Assembly: GCA_900764045.1 (NCBI GenBank)
Contig: CAAFMN010000024.1
Coordinates: 14,492 to 78,491 of the forward strand
Direction: 5' to 3'
Length of the DNA: 64,000 nt
Source: Clostridia bacterium
Lineage (GTDB): Bacteria; Bacillota; Clostridia; Lachnospirales; Bianqueaceae
The position numbers and the translations under genes were made by a program. Shown piece by piece: positions 39,282-49,839 of this stretch; within the stretch, counting starts at the first letter, position 1, and the number at the start of each line of letters is the position of its first letter. The notes under the pieces are model-generated. The model was not told where the DNA came from. It ran no database searches and saw only the letters and a program-made list of their open reading frames with translations.

Positions 39282-40921
39282 TTCGAATTACTCAGTTAAA
39301 GCTTTCGATCGAAGAACCCATAGAGGCTTTGGAGCCGCTCATCTGTAAGCATCTCAAGATTCAGAAAAAGGATCTGGTTCGCTGGGAGATTCTCCGGCGT
39401 TCGCTGGATGCCCGCAGAGGGCATGCTTTTGTTTTCTCCTATACGGTAGAGGCAGAGGTTACCAATGAGGCGGCCTGCTGGAAAAGATTGACGCAGAAGA
39501 AGGACATGGAGCTGCGGGAGGAGACTGCAGCGAGTTTTCCGGCTCACGCCGGCTATCAGAGCAAGGAGAGGCCGGTGGTCGTGGGCTTCGGTCCGGCCGG
39601 AATGTTCTGCGCATTGGTTCTGGCCCGGGCAGGGCTCTGTCCGATTGTTCTGGAACGAGGACGCAGAGTAGAAGAGAGGGCGCAGGATGTGGAACGTTTC
39701 TGGAAGGAGCATGTCCTGCAGCCGGAATCCAATGTACAGTTCGGAGAAGGAGGCGCGGGAACATTTTCCGACGGTAAGCTCAATACGCTGGTCAAGGATA
39801 AAGAGGGCCTCGGCCGCTGGGTGCTTCGAGAGATGGTTCAGGCTGGCGCGCCGGAAGAGATACTGTATGACAGCAAGCCACATATTGGGACCGATCGGCT
39901 GCGGGAGGTTGTCCGCGGGATTCGGCAGGAGATCGAGAATCTGGGCGGCGAGATCCGATTTGAGACGAAGCTGGAGGATGTGGAAGCCGTTTCGCAGGGA
40001 CTTCGTCTGAGTACCGTCTCTCATGGAGTTCGTAACCATCTGCAGGCGGAAGCCGTCTTTCTCGGGATTGGACATAGCGCACGGGATACATTTTCAATGT
40101 TAAAAAAAGCGGGCCTTCTTATGGAGCCCAAGCCTTTTGCGGTAGGACTTCGGATTGAGCACCCGCAAAGCTTTGTGGATCATCTTCAATATAGGGAATA
40201 CGCAGGGCATCCGGCTTTGGGGGCGGCCTCCTATAAGGTCGCTTACACGGAGCCCGGCGGACGGGGCGTATATTCGTTCTGCATGTGTCCCGGCGGTCTT
40301 GTTGTAGCCTCCGCTTCCGAAGAGGGAGAGATGGTGGTCAATGGCATGAGCAATTACCGCAGAGATGAGAAGAATGCGAATTCCGCCATTCTGGTTACGG
40401 TTACGCCGGAGGATTATCAGAAGTATGGAGAGGATGAGCTGGCAGGCGTTGCCTTTCAGCGCTGCCTGGAACGGGCGGCATACCGGCTGGGAGGCTCCGA
40501 CTGGCGGGCGCCTGTTCAATATGTGGGAGAGTATCTGAAGGGACAGGGCCTGGAGGTACCCAAGGGACAGCCGCCTTTTTCAGAGGTAGAACCCAGTTGC
40601 ACTTCCGGATGGAAGGCAGCGGAGCTGGGAGAGGTTCTGCCGGAAGCGCTTGCTCATTCGTTGGGACTGGGCCTTTTGGGCTTTGAAAAGAGTATGCCGG
40701 GCTTTGCTTCAGCCGGCGCGGTATTGACCGGAGTGGAGTCCAGGAGTTCTTCACCGGTTCGGATGCTGCGGGATGCGGCGATGAATTCTTCCATACCGGG
40801 GCTTTACCCGATCGGAGAGGGCGCAGGCTATGCGGGCGGTATTATGTCCGCAGCGATGGATGGACTCAAGGCAGCCAGAATGTATCTGCGGAAACTGGAG
40901 GGAGGAGCATGTGGTATGTAA
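39278..40921 (+). CDS. FAD-dependent oxidoreductase (COG2509-like)
   Basis: Rossmann GFGPAGMFCA motif and a GGAGTFSDGKL motif, 547 aa, with a GTG start after RBS aaaggagag. Confidence 0.7.
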   Translation: MIRITQLKLSIEEPIEALEPLICKHLKIQKKDLVRWEILRRSLDARRGHAFVFSYTVEAEVTNEAACWKRLTQKKDMELREETAASFPAHAGYQSKERPVVVGFGPAGMFCALVLARAGLCPIVLERGRRVEERAQDVERFWKEHVLQPESNVQFGEGGAGTFSDGKLNTLVKDKEGLGRWVLREMVQAGAPEEILYDSKPHIGTDRLREVVRGIRQEIENLGGEIRFETKLEDVEAVSQGLRLSTVSHGVRNHLQAEAVFLGIGHSARDTFSMLKKAGLLMEPKPFAVGLRIEHPQSFVDHLQYREYAGHPALGAASYKVAYTEPGGRGVYSFCMCPGGLVVASASEEGEMVVNGMSNYRRDEKNANSAILVTVTPEDYQKYGEDELAGVAFQRCLERAAYRLGGSDWRAPVQYVGEYLKGQGLEVPKGQPPFSEVEPSCTSGWKAAELGEVLPEALAHSLGLGLLGFEKSMPGFASAGAVLTGVESRSSSPVRMLRDAAMNSSIPGLYPIGEGAGYAGGIMSAAMDGLKAARMYLRKLEGGACGM

Positions 40922-41541
40922 TGCGCGTCCCTACGGGGATGGAGCAGAGTTATCAGAGAAAATGCGAACAAAGGATAGAAGCGCCGGTTCTGGAAAAAAG
41001 TTTTTTGCCATATTATGATGAGATGAGGAAACAAGGCGGCGTATGGACCATCCGTCCATGCGTGCTGTTTCCGGGTTATGTGTTTATGCAGACAAGGGAA
41101 CCGGAGGAGCTTCAGCGAAAGTTGAGGCAGATTCCGGGCTGGAAATCACTTGTAACAGTGGGGACAGAGATTGTGCCGATCACACCAGCTGAAGAGGCAC
41201 TTCTTCGGGAGCTGGGGCATGAGGAGCAAGTGATCCCCGTTTCACGCGGGATTATACAGGATAATGAGATTATCGTCACAGAGGGGCCTTTAAAGGGCAA
41301 GGAAGCGTACATCCGAAGGATTGACCGTCATAAACGGCGGGCATATCTGGAATGGCATATGGCATCGGAGGTAGTGGAGGCCGGAGTCAGTCTGGAGATC
41401 TACGCCAAGAATCAACCGGAGAGAAAGTATAAGACAGAATTTTTTAATGGAAATCACGCGGTGGTTAGCCTGGAAGACGGGCAAACCGCACAGAATATAC
41501 AAAGTATATACATGGAGACGAAAAAGCGGAAAGGAGTATAG
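40909..41541 (+). CDS. NusG-family transcription antiterminator paralog (LoaP/UpxY-like)
   Basis: NGN motifs (WYVMRVPTGMEQ, LFPGYVFMQ) and a KOW motif (IVTEGPLKGKEAYIRRID). It directly precedes a polysaccharide locus. Confidence 0.75.
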   Translation: MWYVMRVPTGMEQSYQRKCEQRIEAPVLEKSFLPYYDEMRKQGGVWTIRPCVLFPGYVFMQTREPEELQRKLRQIPGWKSLVTVGTEIVPITPAEEALLRELGHEEQVIPVSRGIIQDNEIIVTEGPLKGKEAYIRRIDRHKRRAYLEWHMASEVVEAGVSLEIYAKNQPERKYKTEFFNGNHAVVSLEDGQTAQNIQSIYMETKKRKGV

Positions 41542-41544
41542 GCT

Positions 41545-43389
41545 ATGTGTGGAATCATCGGATATATCGGTAAAGAAGAGAAGGCGACCAATATTATCAT
41601 GGAAGGGTTGGCCAAGCTGGAATACCGGGGATATGACTCGGCGGGAATCGCGGTTTTCACGCCCTCAGGGATCTGTATAGAAAAGAAAAAGGGAAGGCTG
41701 TCCAACCTGGCGGAGCATCTCAAGGAGGTCGGTTTTCCGCAGGGCTATGCCGGAATCGGCCATACCCGCTGGGCAACGCATGGAGAACCGTCCGATATCA
41801 ATGCGCATCCGCATTGCAGTATGGATCACTCGGTGGTTGTGGTACATAATGGTATCATCGAAAATTACGCACAGCTGCGGGATCAGCTGATTGCTCAGGG
41901 GAGTTCCTTTGTCTCTGAGACGGATACGGAGATCCTGGCCAATGTGATCGCATGGTATTATAAGCAGGAAAAGGAGCCGGTGAAGGCGATCAATAAGGCT
42001 CTCAGTGTCATGCGTGGTTCTTATGGTCTGGGAATCCTTTTTGCGGACCATCCGGACACGATATACGCGACAAGAAAGGACAGTCCCTTGATTGTAGGAC
42101 TTGGTAAGGGAGAGAACTATATAGCCTCGGATATCCCCGCCATACTGAATCATACCCGGGACGTATATCTTCTGGAAAATCATGATATCGCGGTCCTGAC
42201 GACCGATACGATTCAGATCGTCGGAGCGGACGGAAATCCGGTTCACAGGGACATTTTCCACGTGACCTGGGATGTAGCGGCGGCAGAAAAGGGCGGATAT
42301 CCGCATTTTATGTTGAAGGAGATCTATGAGCAGCCCCAGGCCGTCAGAGACACACTCAATTCTCGGCTGCAGGATACGGTGGACCGCCCGAGAATGGAAG
42401 ATCTGGGTATCGGTCAGGAAGTATTGGACAATCTGGATCGGATCTATCTGGTAGCCTGCGGTACAGCATATCATGCGGCGATGGTAGGCAAATACCTGAT
42501 TGAGCGGATTGCCAGAGTCAGTACGGTCGTGGAGACGGCCTCCGAGTTCCGGTATCGGGATCCGATCATTGATGAAAAAACACTGGTCATTGTCGTATCG
42601 CAGTCCGGAGAGACGGCGGATACGCTCGCGGCGCTACGGATATCCAAGGCTGCCGGAGCTAAGGTGCTGGGCATCGTGAATGTTGTCGGCTCCAGTATCA
42701 GCCGGGAAGCGGATTATGTATTCTATACCTGGGCTGGCCCGGAGATTGCCGTTGCCAGTACCAAGGCCTATTCCTGCCAGCTCGCGGCCATGTACCTATT
42801 AAGCGCCCATTTTGCCATGCTGCGTGGGAAGATGACTACAGAAGAGTTCCGGGCGCTGCGCAGCGATCTGATCGGTCTGCCAGCCAAGATTGAGGAGATC
42901 CTTCAGAAGGCGGAAGAGATCCATAAGATTGTGGAAGAGAATGATCCATACAATGTGTTTTATGTCGGACGAGGACTGGATTATTACACCGGTATGGAGG
43001 GCTCCCTAAAGCTCAAGGAAGTCGCGTATCTGCATAGTGAAGCCTATGCTGCCGGAGAATTGAAGCATGGACCGATCGCGATGATTGAAAAGGGAACGCT
43101 TGTGATCGGCATTGTGACGCAAAAGAGCCTGATCGAGAAGACCATCAGCAACCTCAAGGAGGTCAAGGCCCGAGGCGCGAAGGTGCTCTGCATTGCGGCG
43201 GAGGATGCGGATATGGCGTTGATCCGCAGTGTAGCGGATGAGATCATCACCATTCCGTCCTGCAATTGGATGTTTACCTCGCTGCTGGCCAATATCCCGC
43301 AGCAGCTGATCGCCTATTACATGTCCGTAAAAAAGGGATACGATGTAGATAAGCCGAGAAATCTGGCCAAAAGTGTCACCGTTGAGTAA
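41545..43389 (+). CDS. glmS: glutamine--fructose-6-phosphate aminotransferase
   Basis: MCGIIGY N-terminal nucleophile and two SIS domains, 614 aa. It lies 3 nt after the NusG paralog, leaving no room for a glmS ribozyme. Confidence 0.95.
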   Translation: MCGIIGYIGKEEKATNIIMEGLAKLEYRGYDSAGIAVFTPSGICIEKKKGRLSNLAEHLKEVGFPQGYAGIGHTRWATHGEPSDINAHPHCSMDHSVVVVHNGIIENYAQLRDQLIAQGSSFVSETDTEILANVIAWYYKQEKEPVKAINKALSVMRGSYGLGILFADHPDTIYATRKDSPLIVGLGKGENYIASDIPAILNHTRDVYLLENHDIAVLTTDTIQIVGADGNPVHRDIFHVTWDVAAAEKGGYPHFMLKEIYEQPQAVRDTLNSRLQDTVDRPRMEDLGIGQEVLDNLDRIYLVACGTAYHAAMVGKYLIERIARVSTVVETASEFRYRDPIIDEKTLVIVVSQSGETADTLAALRISKAAGAKVLGIVNVVGSSISREADYVFYTWAGPEIAVASTKAYSCQLAAMYLLSAHFAMLRGKMTTEEFRALRSDLIGLPAKIEEILQKAEEIHKIVEENDPYNVFYVGRGLDYYTGMEGSLKLKEVAYLHSEAYAAGELKHGPIAMIEKGTLVIGIVTQKSLIEKTISNLKEVKARGAKVLCIAAEDADMALIRSVADEIITIPSCNWMFTSLLANIPQQLIAYYMSVKKGYDVDKPRNLAKSVTVE

Positions 43390-43398
43390 AGAATATTT

Positions 43399-43438
43399 GC
43401 CAAAGATTTTCAAAATGAGAATCTTTGGCATTTTTATT
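43399..43438 (+). terminator. rho-independent terminator after glmS
   Basis: Stem gccaaagatt/aatctttggc followed by a tttttattt tract. Confidence 0.7.
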
Positions 43439-43523
43439 TGGTAGGATCTGTCCAAAAATCCATGGAAAACGGGAGAATAAGGGATATGTCGAACAGATTC
43501 GACAGAAGTAGAAGATAATAGTG

Positions 43524-43552
43524 TTGCAAATCCTAGTGAATTATGGTATACT
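43524..43552 (+). promoter_or_regulatory. sigma-A-type promoter of the polysaccharide operon
   Basis: TTGCAA, a 17-nt spacer, then TATACT. A ~220-nt leader follows before wbaP. Confidence 0.5.
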
Positions 43553-43689
43553 GTCCATGTATAATCAGGAAAGGAGAGGATGGTTTGTGAGCTTCCCTGG
43601 AAGCTGTTTGTGCAAGAGAATCACAAAGCATTGGCCTATCAAATCGTCGCCCAGCCGCGTTTGAGAATCCCGTGCCACACACCTGTTTT

Positions 43690-43737
43690 CCATTCATGCG
43701 GACCCTAGGCATGAATGGCGTAGCTTACTCTTTTTTT
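43690..43737 (+). promoter_or_regulatory. leader hairpin plus T-tract (candidate attenuator or antitermination target) in the cps 5' UTR
   Basis: A 10-bp perfect stem (ccattcatgc/gcatgaatgg) with a 9-nt loop at 43690-43718, then ttttttt at 43731-43737. Confidence 0.35.
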
Positions 43738-43771
43738 AATATCAAAATCACAAAGGATATGGACTCATACT

Positions 43772-45181
43772 ATGTATAGACAAACCAAAAACAGTTTGGA
43801 CAAGCATTGGGATTTTATCATTGTCGATATCTTTGCCCTGGAGCTGTCCCTGTTTCTTGCATATTTGCTACGGAATCAAGGGGAATTGCCTATTTATAGC
43901 GAGCTTTACCGCAATCTGATCCTGATCATTCCGCTGCTACACATCGTAATGGCCTTTTGTATCAATAATTATTCCGGCATTCTTAGAAGAGGCTATCTTC
44001 TGGAGCTGAAAAGCGTCCTGAAGCAATGCCTCGCTATCTCTGTTGTCCTGCTCATGTATTTTTTTGTATTTCAATCTACAGATGAATATTCACGCTATGT
44101 CCTGATCGGAACAGCGGTATTCAGCGTCCTTTTTGTTTATCTTGGAAGAATCGGTCTGAAAGCCCTGAAAAAGCATATTGGAAAAGCCAATGTTTCCTGC
44201 ATGCTTGTGATCGCTCCGTCCGATGAGGTTTCGACGCTGCTTGAGAATCTTCAGAAGGATATCTACAACCGGTATCGCATCAGCGGTATTGTGTATAGTG
44301 ATAAGGAAGTGGAAGAGGGACAGAGTGTAGAAGGAATTCCCGTCGTCGCGGATATGTCGACATATAAGGAATATGTGCGTCAGCAAGTGGTGGATGAGAT
44401 CTTTGTGGCTGTGAAGCCAAGCGATGAGAGAATGGGCGAGATCATGAAGATCGCGGAGGAGATCGGAGTGACAATTCATCTTAGTATCCCCATTCTGTTT
44501 CCTACGTCTTTCCCACAGATAATCTCCAGAATCGGTCCCTATACGGCAGTGACCTCTTCCCCAAAGCTTGTTACGCAGACGCAGCTCTTTATCAAGCGGA
44601 TGATGGACATTGCGTCAGCGCTGATCGGCCTTGTATTTACCGGCATTGCGTATCTATTGGTCGCGCCGATCATCAAGATCCAGGCGCCCGGTCCGGTGTT
44701 ATTCTCACAGACCCGAGTGGGGCGGAACGGCAGACCGTTCAAAATCTATAAATTCCGTTCTATGTATGTGGACGCGGAGGAGCGGAAAAAGGAGCTCATG
44801 AAGGAAAATGAGATGCAGGGTCTGATGTTCAAGATGGAAAACGATCCGCGAATTTTTCCTTTTGGTCGGTTTATCCGTAAGATGTCCATCGATGAGCTGC
44901 CGCAGTTCTGGAATGTGCTCAAGGGGGACATGTCGCTGGTAGGGACAAGGCCGCCGACAATGGACGAGTATAAACAATACGAACTGCACCATAAGTTCCG
45001 CCTGGCCTTTAAGCCGGGCATCACAGGCATGTGGCAGGTTTCCGGCAGATCCTCGATCAAGGACTTCGAGGAGGTTGTCCGCTTGGATGGCGAATATATC
45101 TGCAACTGGTCCATTTTGTTGGATATTAAGATCATATTGAAAACGATCAAAGTCGTTTTAAGTCACGCAGAAGCGGAATAA
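43772..45181 (+). CDS. wbaP: polyprenyl-phosphate hexose-1-phosphate transferase (WbaP/CpsE-like initiating sugar transferase)
   Basis: Multi-TM N-terminus and a C-terminal Bac_transf domain (PGITGMWQVSGRS). Confidence 0.85.
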   Translation: MYRQTKNSLDKHWDFIIVDIFALELSLFLAYLLRNQGELPIYSELYRNLILIIPLLHIVMAFCINNYSGILRRGYLLELKSVLKQCLAISVVLLMYFFVFQSTDEYSRYVLIGTAVFSVLFVYLGRIGLKALKKHIGKANVSCMLVIAPSDEVSTLLENLQKDIYNRYRISGIVYSDKEVEEGQSVEGIPVVADMSTYKEYVRQQVVDEIFVAVKPSDERMGEIMKIAEEIGVTIHLSIPILFPTSFPQIISRIGPYTAVTSSPKLVTQTQLFIKRMMDIASALIGLVFTGIAYLLVAPIIKIQAPGPVLFSQTRVGRNGRPFKIYKFRSMYVDAEERKKELMKENEMQGLMFKMENDPRIFPFGRFIRKMSIDELPQFWNVLKGDMSLVGTRPPTMDEYKQYELHHKFRLAFKPGITGMWQVSGRSSIKDFEEVVRLDGEYICNWSILLDIKIILKTIKVVLSHAEAE

Positions 45182-45211
45182 ATAGTTTATGGTAAGAACT
45201 TTATTAAGACC

Positions 45212-45577
45212 ATGCTGAATGTTGGTAATACACACGATACTGTTCGTGTGGTCAATGACCAGATCGGCACACCGACCTATACATATGATTTGGCTCGACT
45301 GCTCGTCGATATGAATGAAACCGAGAAGTACGGTTATTATCATGCAACCAACGAGGGTGGCTATATCAGCTGGTATGATTTCACGAAAGAAATCTATCGT
45401 CAGGCTGGATATAAGACAGAAGTGGTTCCTGTCACTACGGCGGAGTACGGTCTGAGCAAGGCGGCTCGCCCGTTTAACAGCCGGTTGGACAAGAGCAAGC
45501 TGGTGGAAGCTGGATTTACTCCGCTTCCGACCTGGCAGGATGCACTGAGCCGCTATCTGAAAGAAATCGAGGAGTAA
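45212..45577 (+). pseudogene. rfbD: C-terminal fragment of dTDP-4-dehydrorhamnose reductase
   Basis: Matches only the C-terminal ~120 aa of RfbD (QIGTPTYTYDLA...). The N-terminal Rossmann half is absent. Confidence 0.65.
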
Positions 45578-45583
45578 AAGAAA

Positions 45584-46192
45584 ATGGGACAGATTAAAGT
45601 TGAGAAAAACGTAGGTGGCATCAAGGGTCTTTGTGTGATTGAGCCGGCTGTTCACGGCGATGCCCGTGGCTATTTTATGGAAACCTACAACGAAAAAGAT
45701 ATGAAGGAAGCTGGCATCGACATTCATTTTGTACAGGATAATCAGTCCATGTCCACGAAGGGGGTGCTGCGCGGTTTGCATTTCCAGAAGCAGTATCCGC
45801 AGTGTAAGCTGGTACGCGCCGTGCGCGGAACTGTGTTTGATGTCGCTGTTGACCTGAGAAGTGATTCTACGACCTATGGCAAATGGTATGGTGTTATCCT
45901 GTCGGCCGAGAACAAGAAGCAGTTCCTTATCCCAGAAGGCTTTGCACATGGATTTTTGGTACTGAGTGATGAGGCAGAGTTCTGCTATAAGGTCGACGAT
46001 TTCTGGCATCCAAATGACGAAGGCGGCATGGCTTGGAATGATCCAGAGATTGGCATTGAATGGCCGGAACTGAAGGGTGAGTACAAGGGAAGCGCAAGTG
46101 CAGAAGGCTACACGCTGGAAGACGGTACGGCACTGAATCTGAGTGATAAGGATCAGAAGTGGCTGGGATTGAAGGATACATTTAAATTTTAA
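45584..46192 (+). CDS. rfbC: dTDP-4-dehydrorhamnose 3,5-epimerase
   Basis: Cupin-fold RmlC motifs (RGLHFQ, GFAHGF), 202 aa. Confidence 0.9.
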   Translation: MGQIKVEKNVGGIKGLCVIEPAVHGDARGYFMETYNEKDMKEAGIDIHFVQDNQSMSTKGVLRGLHFQKQYPQCKLVRAVRGTVFDVAVDLRSDSTTYGKWYGVILSAENKKQFLIPEGFAHGFLVLSDEAEFCYKVDDFWHPNDEGGMAWNDPEIGIEWPELKGEYKGSASAEGYTLEDGTALNLSDKDQKWLGLKDTFKF

Positions 46193-46622
46193 GAACACAG
46201 GGGTAGGAAGAATGCAGCGTGAAAACGAAGTACAACACGTATTTCTGGTAGGAGCTAAGAGCTTAGGTGCTTATGGCGGGGAGTGTGAAATAATATGGGC
46301 AACCAGAGAAAAGCCTGATTTCATGCGGGTTTACGCGGCTTGGCCTTTTCACCTCAACCTGTTTCTGCCTGTCATGGTGCGTTATAACCAGCGTGATTTT
46401 AGGTGCTAATGGCTTCTGGTTGCGCTCTATACTTAACCCACCACAGCGAAAGCTGATAGAGCAGAAAACGGAATAAGGAGGTACGAGGACAAGTCTGCAT
46501 GCAGATTCAATTGAATCCGCCTTCATGTTGATTATTAGGAAGCAAAAATACACTTGAAAGCAAGAGACTGTGTGATTTTCACAACGATTTAAGAAGCAAA
46601 AAAGAATTGAGGAGTAAAGATT

Positions 46623-47735
46623 ATGTACGATTATTTGGTGGTTGGTTCCGGCCTTTACGGGGCCACGTTTGCGCAGCAGGCTAAAGCACACGGTAAATCA
46701 GTCCTTGTTATCGACAAGAGGCCGAACATTGCCGGTAATATCTATACTGAAAAAGTAGAAGGTATCAATTTCCATAAGTATGGCGCGCATATTTTTCACA
46801 CTAATAATAAGGAAGTCTGGGATTACCTGCAGCAGTTCACTGCGTTCACCCGTTTCACCAACTCTCCAGTAGCAAACTATAAGGGCGAACTATACTCCAT
46901 GCCCTTCAATATGTATACCTTCAATAAAATGTGGGGAGTTGTGACACCGGAAGAGGCACAGGCCAAGATCGACGAGCAGCGAAAAGAGATAACGGGAGAG
47001 CCGCAGAATCTGGAAGAGCAGGCTATCAGTCTTGTTGGTCGTGACATCTATGAAAAGCTCGTCAAGGGCTACACAGAAAAGCAGTGGGGACGTGACTGCA
47101 AGGATCTGCCTGCCTTTATCATTAAGAGACTTCCGGTAAGGTTGACCTTCGATAACAACTACTTCAATGCTTTGTACCAGGGCATTCCGATTGGTGGCTA
47201 CACCAAGATGGTAGAGCACATGCTGGACGGTATCGAAGTGCGGCTTGGTGTTGACTATCTGGAACACAAAGATGAGTTGGACGCACTGGCTGAGAAGGTC
47301 ATCTATACTGGACCGATTGATGCTTACTTCCAGTATTCCCTTGGTTATCTGGAGTACCGTAGTGTGAGATTTGAAAACGAGATTCTGGACAAGCCAAATT
47401 TCCAGGGTAACGCAGCTGTGAACTACACAGATCGTGAGACGCCGTGGACACGAATCATTGAGCACAAGTGGTTTGAATTCGGCAAGGATGAGAATGGAAA
47501 TGACCTGCCCAAGACTATTATATCTCGTGAGTACAGTTCCGAGTGGAAGCCGGGTGACGAGCCGTATTATCCGGTCAATGATGCAAAGAACGGGGCGCTC
47601 TATACCCAGTATAAGAAGCTGGCTGACCAGGAGACTGATGTGATCTTCGGCGGCCGCCTCGGTGAGTACAAATATTATGACATGGATGCTGTGGTGGCAT
47701 CGGCGCTGGAAATGTGTGAGAAGGAATTGGCTTAA
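46623..47735 (+). CDS. glf: UDP-galactopyranose mutase
   Basis: MYDYLVVGSGLYGA FAD-binding motif and NIAGNIYT motif, 370 aa. Confidence 0.95.
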   Translation: MYDYLVVGSGLYGATFAQQAKAHGKSVLVIDKRPNIAGNIYTEKVEGINFHKYGAHIFHTNNKEVWDYLQQFTAFTRFTNSPVANYKGELYSMPFNMYTFNKMWGVVTPEEAQAKIDEQRKEITGEPQNLEEQAISLVGRDIYEKLVKGYTEKQWGRDCKDLPAFIIKRLPVRLTFDNNYFNALYQGIPIGGYTKMVEHMLDGIEVRLGVDYLEHKDELDALAEKVIYTGPIDAYFQYSLGYLEYRSVRFENEILDKPNFQGNAAVNYTDRETPWTRIIEHKWFEFGKDENGNDLPKTIISREYSSEWKPGDEPYYPVNDAKNGALYTQYKKLADQETDVIFGGRLGEYKYYDMDAVVASALEMCEKELA

Positions 47736-47766
47736 AGCCTAATACAGATTAAAAGGGGTAGGCGAT

Positions 47767-48594
47767 ATGAGCCAAAATAAACAAAGCAAACCGTTAGACA
47801 TCAAAATCATCATTGCTGCACACAAGAAATATCGTATGCCACAGGATGATATATACTTACCACTTCATGTTGGCGCAGAGTGCAAAGCGCCTATTGGATA
47901 TCAGGGCGATAACACAGGCGATAATATCTCCACCCTCAATCCATACTTCTGTGAGCTTACCGGAATGTACTGGATGTGGAAGAATCTGCAGGCTGATTAT
48001 CTGGGCTTGGCGCATTATCGTCGGCATTTTTGTTTCAGAAAGAAAAAAGCTGAAAACGACGAAGAGAGCAAGTGGAAATCGGTATTGAACAGCAAAGAAG
48101 CACAGATTCTGTGCAAACAGTATGATGTTATCGTTCCTGAAAAACGCCATTATGTGATTGAAACGCTTGAATCGCATTATGCTCATACTCATTATATAGA
48201 ACACTTGGAAAAGACACGGGAGATTATCGGCGAACGATATCCGCAGTATCTTGATAGTTATAACAAGATCCTTAAAAGGAAAAGCGGTTACATGTTCAAT
48301 ATGTTTCTGATGAGAGCGGATCTTGTTGATAAGTATTGCTCGTTCCTTTTCGATGTGCTGTTTGAACTGGATAAAAGAGTAGATACGAGCGAATATTCAG
48401 CTTTCCAGGCGCGATATCCCGGAAGAGTTGGAGAAATTCTGCTTAATGTCTGGCTCGATAAAGAGGCGGAAGAGCAAGGGATGAAGATAAAGGAAATCCA
48501 ACATATACACATGGAGCCGATTAACTGGTGGAACAAAGGGACTGCGTTCCTCAAAGCTAAGTTCTTGGGCAGAAGATATGAGCATGGGTTTTGA
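47767..48594 (+). CDS. DUF4422-domain protein (putative glycosyltransferase commonly linked to galactofuranose loci)
   Basis: IIIAAHKKY...GDNISTLNPYFCELTGMYWMWKN motif pattern. Confidence 0.65.
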   Translation: MSQNKQSKPLDIKIIIAAHKKYRMPQDDIYLPLHVGAECKAPIGYQGDNTGDNISTLNPYFCELTGMYWMWKNLQADYLGLAHYRRHFCFRKKKAENDEESKWKSVLNSKEAQILCKQYDVIVPEKRHYVIETLESHYAHTHYIEHLEKTREIIGERYPQYLDSYNKILKRKSGYMFNMFLMRADLVDKYCSFLFDVLFELDKRVDTSEYSAFQARYPGRVGEILLNVWLDKEAEEQGMKIKEIQHIHMEPINWWNKGTAFLKAKFLGRRYEHGF

Positions 48595-48645
48595 TAGAAG
48601 GAAATGGTAGAAGAAACAAAAAAGTTTCACGAAAGGGTTTGACAG

Positions 48646-49764
48646 ATGGGAGAGATGAGGACAGGCTCGCTTAGCAAGCAAGCAAGCAAGCGGATAGAAT
48701 GGCTTGATGCATTAAAAGGCTTTGCGATTATAGCTGTTGTGCTGGGACACACCCTTTTGGGATATACAGAGAATGATGCGTTTGGAGAATATAACGAGTT
48801 CTTCTGTAGGCTGAAAGAGTGGATTTATATATGGCATATGCCGTTATTTATTTGTTTGAGCGGATTTTCATTTTGCCTTGCATATTATCGTAAGGATGCA
48901 TTGGACGCTAACAGTAGACTGAAAACAAGCAAGGTGAAACGGCAAATAATCAATCTGGTGCTTCTTTATGTCATGTTCAGCATTGTGTTCTACGCACTAA
49001 AGATTCCGCTGGCTGCCTTTACTGATAATAAATTGACGATTAGTGAAGCTGCTGTAAATCTGGTATTTCCTAATACGCTGATGTGGTATTTATGGGTCAT
49101 GGCAATTTACTACTTTATCATTCTCTATTGCAAGCCAGCTATGGAGGTGATTGCAGAAAAAACAATGGCTATTTTAGGAATTCTTTTGATAGTCGCCGTT
49201 GCGCAAAGAGTGAGTGGTAACTTTGTCGATTGGAGGCTTTGTTTTGGGAATTTCGTTCACTGTGCCTTTTATTTCTGCTTTGGTATGGCGCTGTGCCTAT
49301 ACAAAGAACGATATGAGAACAAGAAACACGAAAACAAGTGGCTATGGATTGGAATACTTATAGTGATGGTCCATTTTGTATGCTATATGGCAATAAGCGC
49401 AGAAATGGCGGACATTGAAGTGGTTGCCGTTGCTAACACAATCATTAATGAATTAATTGCTATTTTGATAATCGCATTAGCTTTTTCAGTGGCGTATCAT
49501 TGGCAACATGCAGGTGGGCTTTTACCAGCTCTCGGTAGAGCATCGCTTGTGATATATCTTCTCCACACCTACATAGTGACTGCAATGAAGGTGGTTGCAA
49601 TAAGAATGGGAGTATGTAGCAGCATGGTAATTGATATTGTAGTAATAGCTATGAGCGTTATTGTGCCGATAGCCATATGTTATTTTGTGGATTGGATTAG
49701 AAGAAAGAACAGACTGGTTGGAGCAATTTTTGCTCCGGGAAAACACATAAAAATATTCGATTAG
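48646..49764 (+). CDS. membrane acyltransferase (acyltransferase-3 family, O-acetyltransferase-like)
   Basis: About 10 TM helices and a WLDALKGFAII...GHT N-terminus. Confidence 0.7.
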   Translation: MGEMRTGSLSKQASKRIEWLDALKGFAIIAVVLGHTLLGYTENDAFGEYNEFFCRLKEWIYIWHMPLFICLSGFSFCLAYYRKDALDANSRLKTSKVKRQIINLVLLYVMFSIVFYALKIPLAAFTDNKLTISEAAVNLVFPNTLMWYLWVMAIYYFIILYCKPAMEVIAEKTMAILGILLIVAVAQRVSGNFVDWRLCFGNFVHCAFYFCFGMALCLYKERYENKKHENKWLWIGILIVMVHFVCYMAISAEMADIEVVAVANTIINELIAILIIALAFSVAYHWQHAGGLLPALGRASLVIYLLHTYIVTAMKVVAIRMGVCSSMVIDIVVIAMSVIVPIAICYFVDWIRRKNRLVGAIFAPGKHIKIFD

Positions 49765-49839
49765 ATTAGTTGATTTGTTTTAGATACATCCGACCAGATT
49801 AAAAGGAGTAAAGGACGGATTTCTGGAGGAAGATATGCC

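Noticed and set aside
41541-41545. Possible glmS ribozyme upstream of glmS
   Set aside because: Only 3 nt separate glmS from the preceding NusG-paralog gene, so there is no space for the ~150-nt ribozyme.
45158-46198. 346-aa minus-strand ORF
   Set aside because: Antisense to rfbC and the rfbD fragment.
46212-46409. 65-aa ORF in the rfbC-glf gap
   Set aside because: No RBS, no motifs, and no similarity to RfbA or RfbB fragments was evident. Treated as non-coding.
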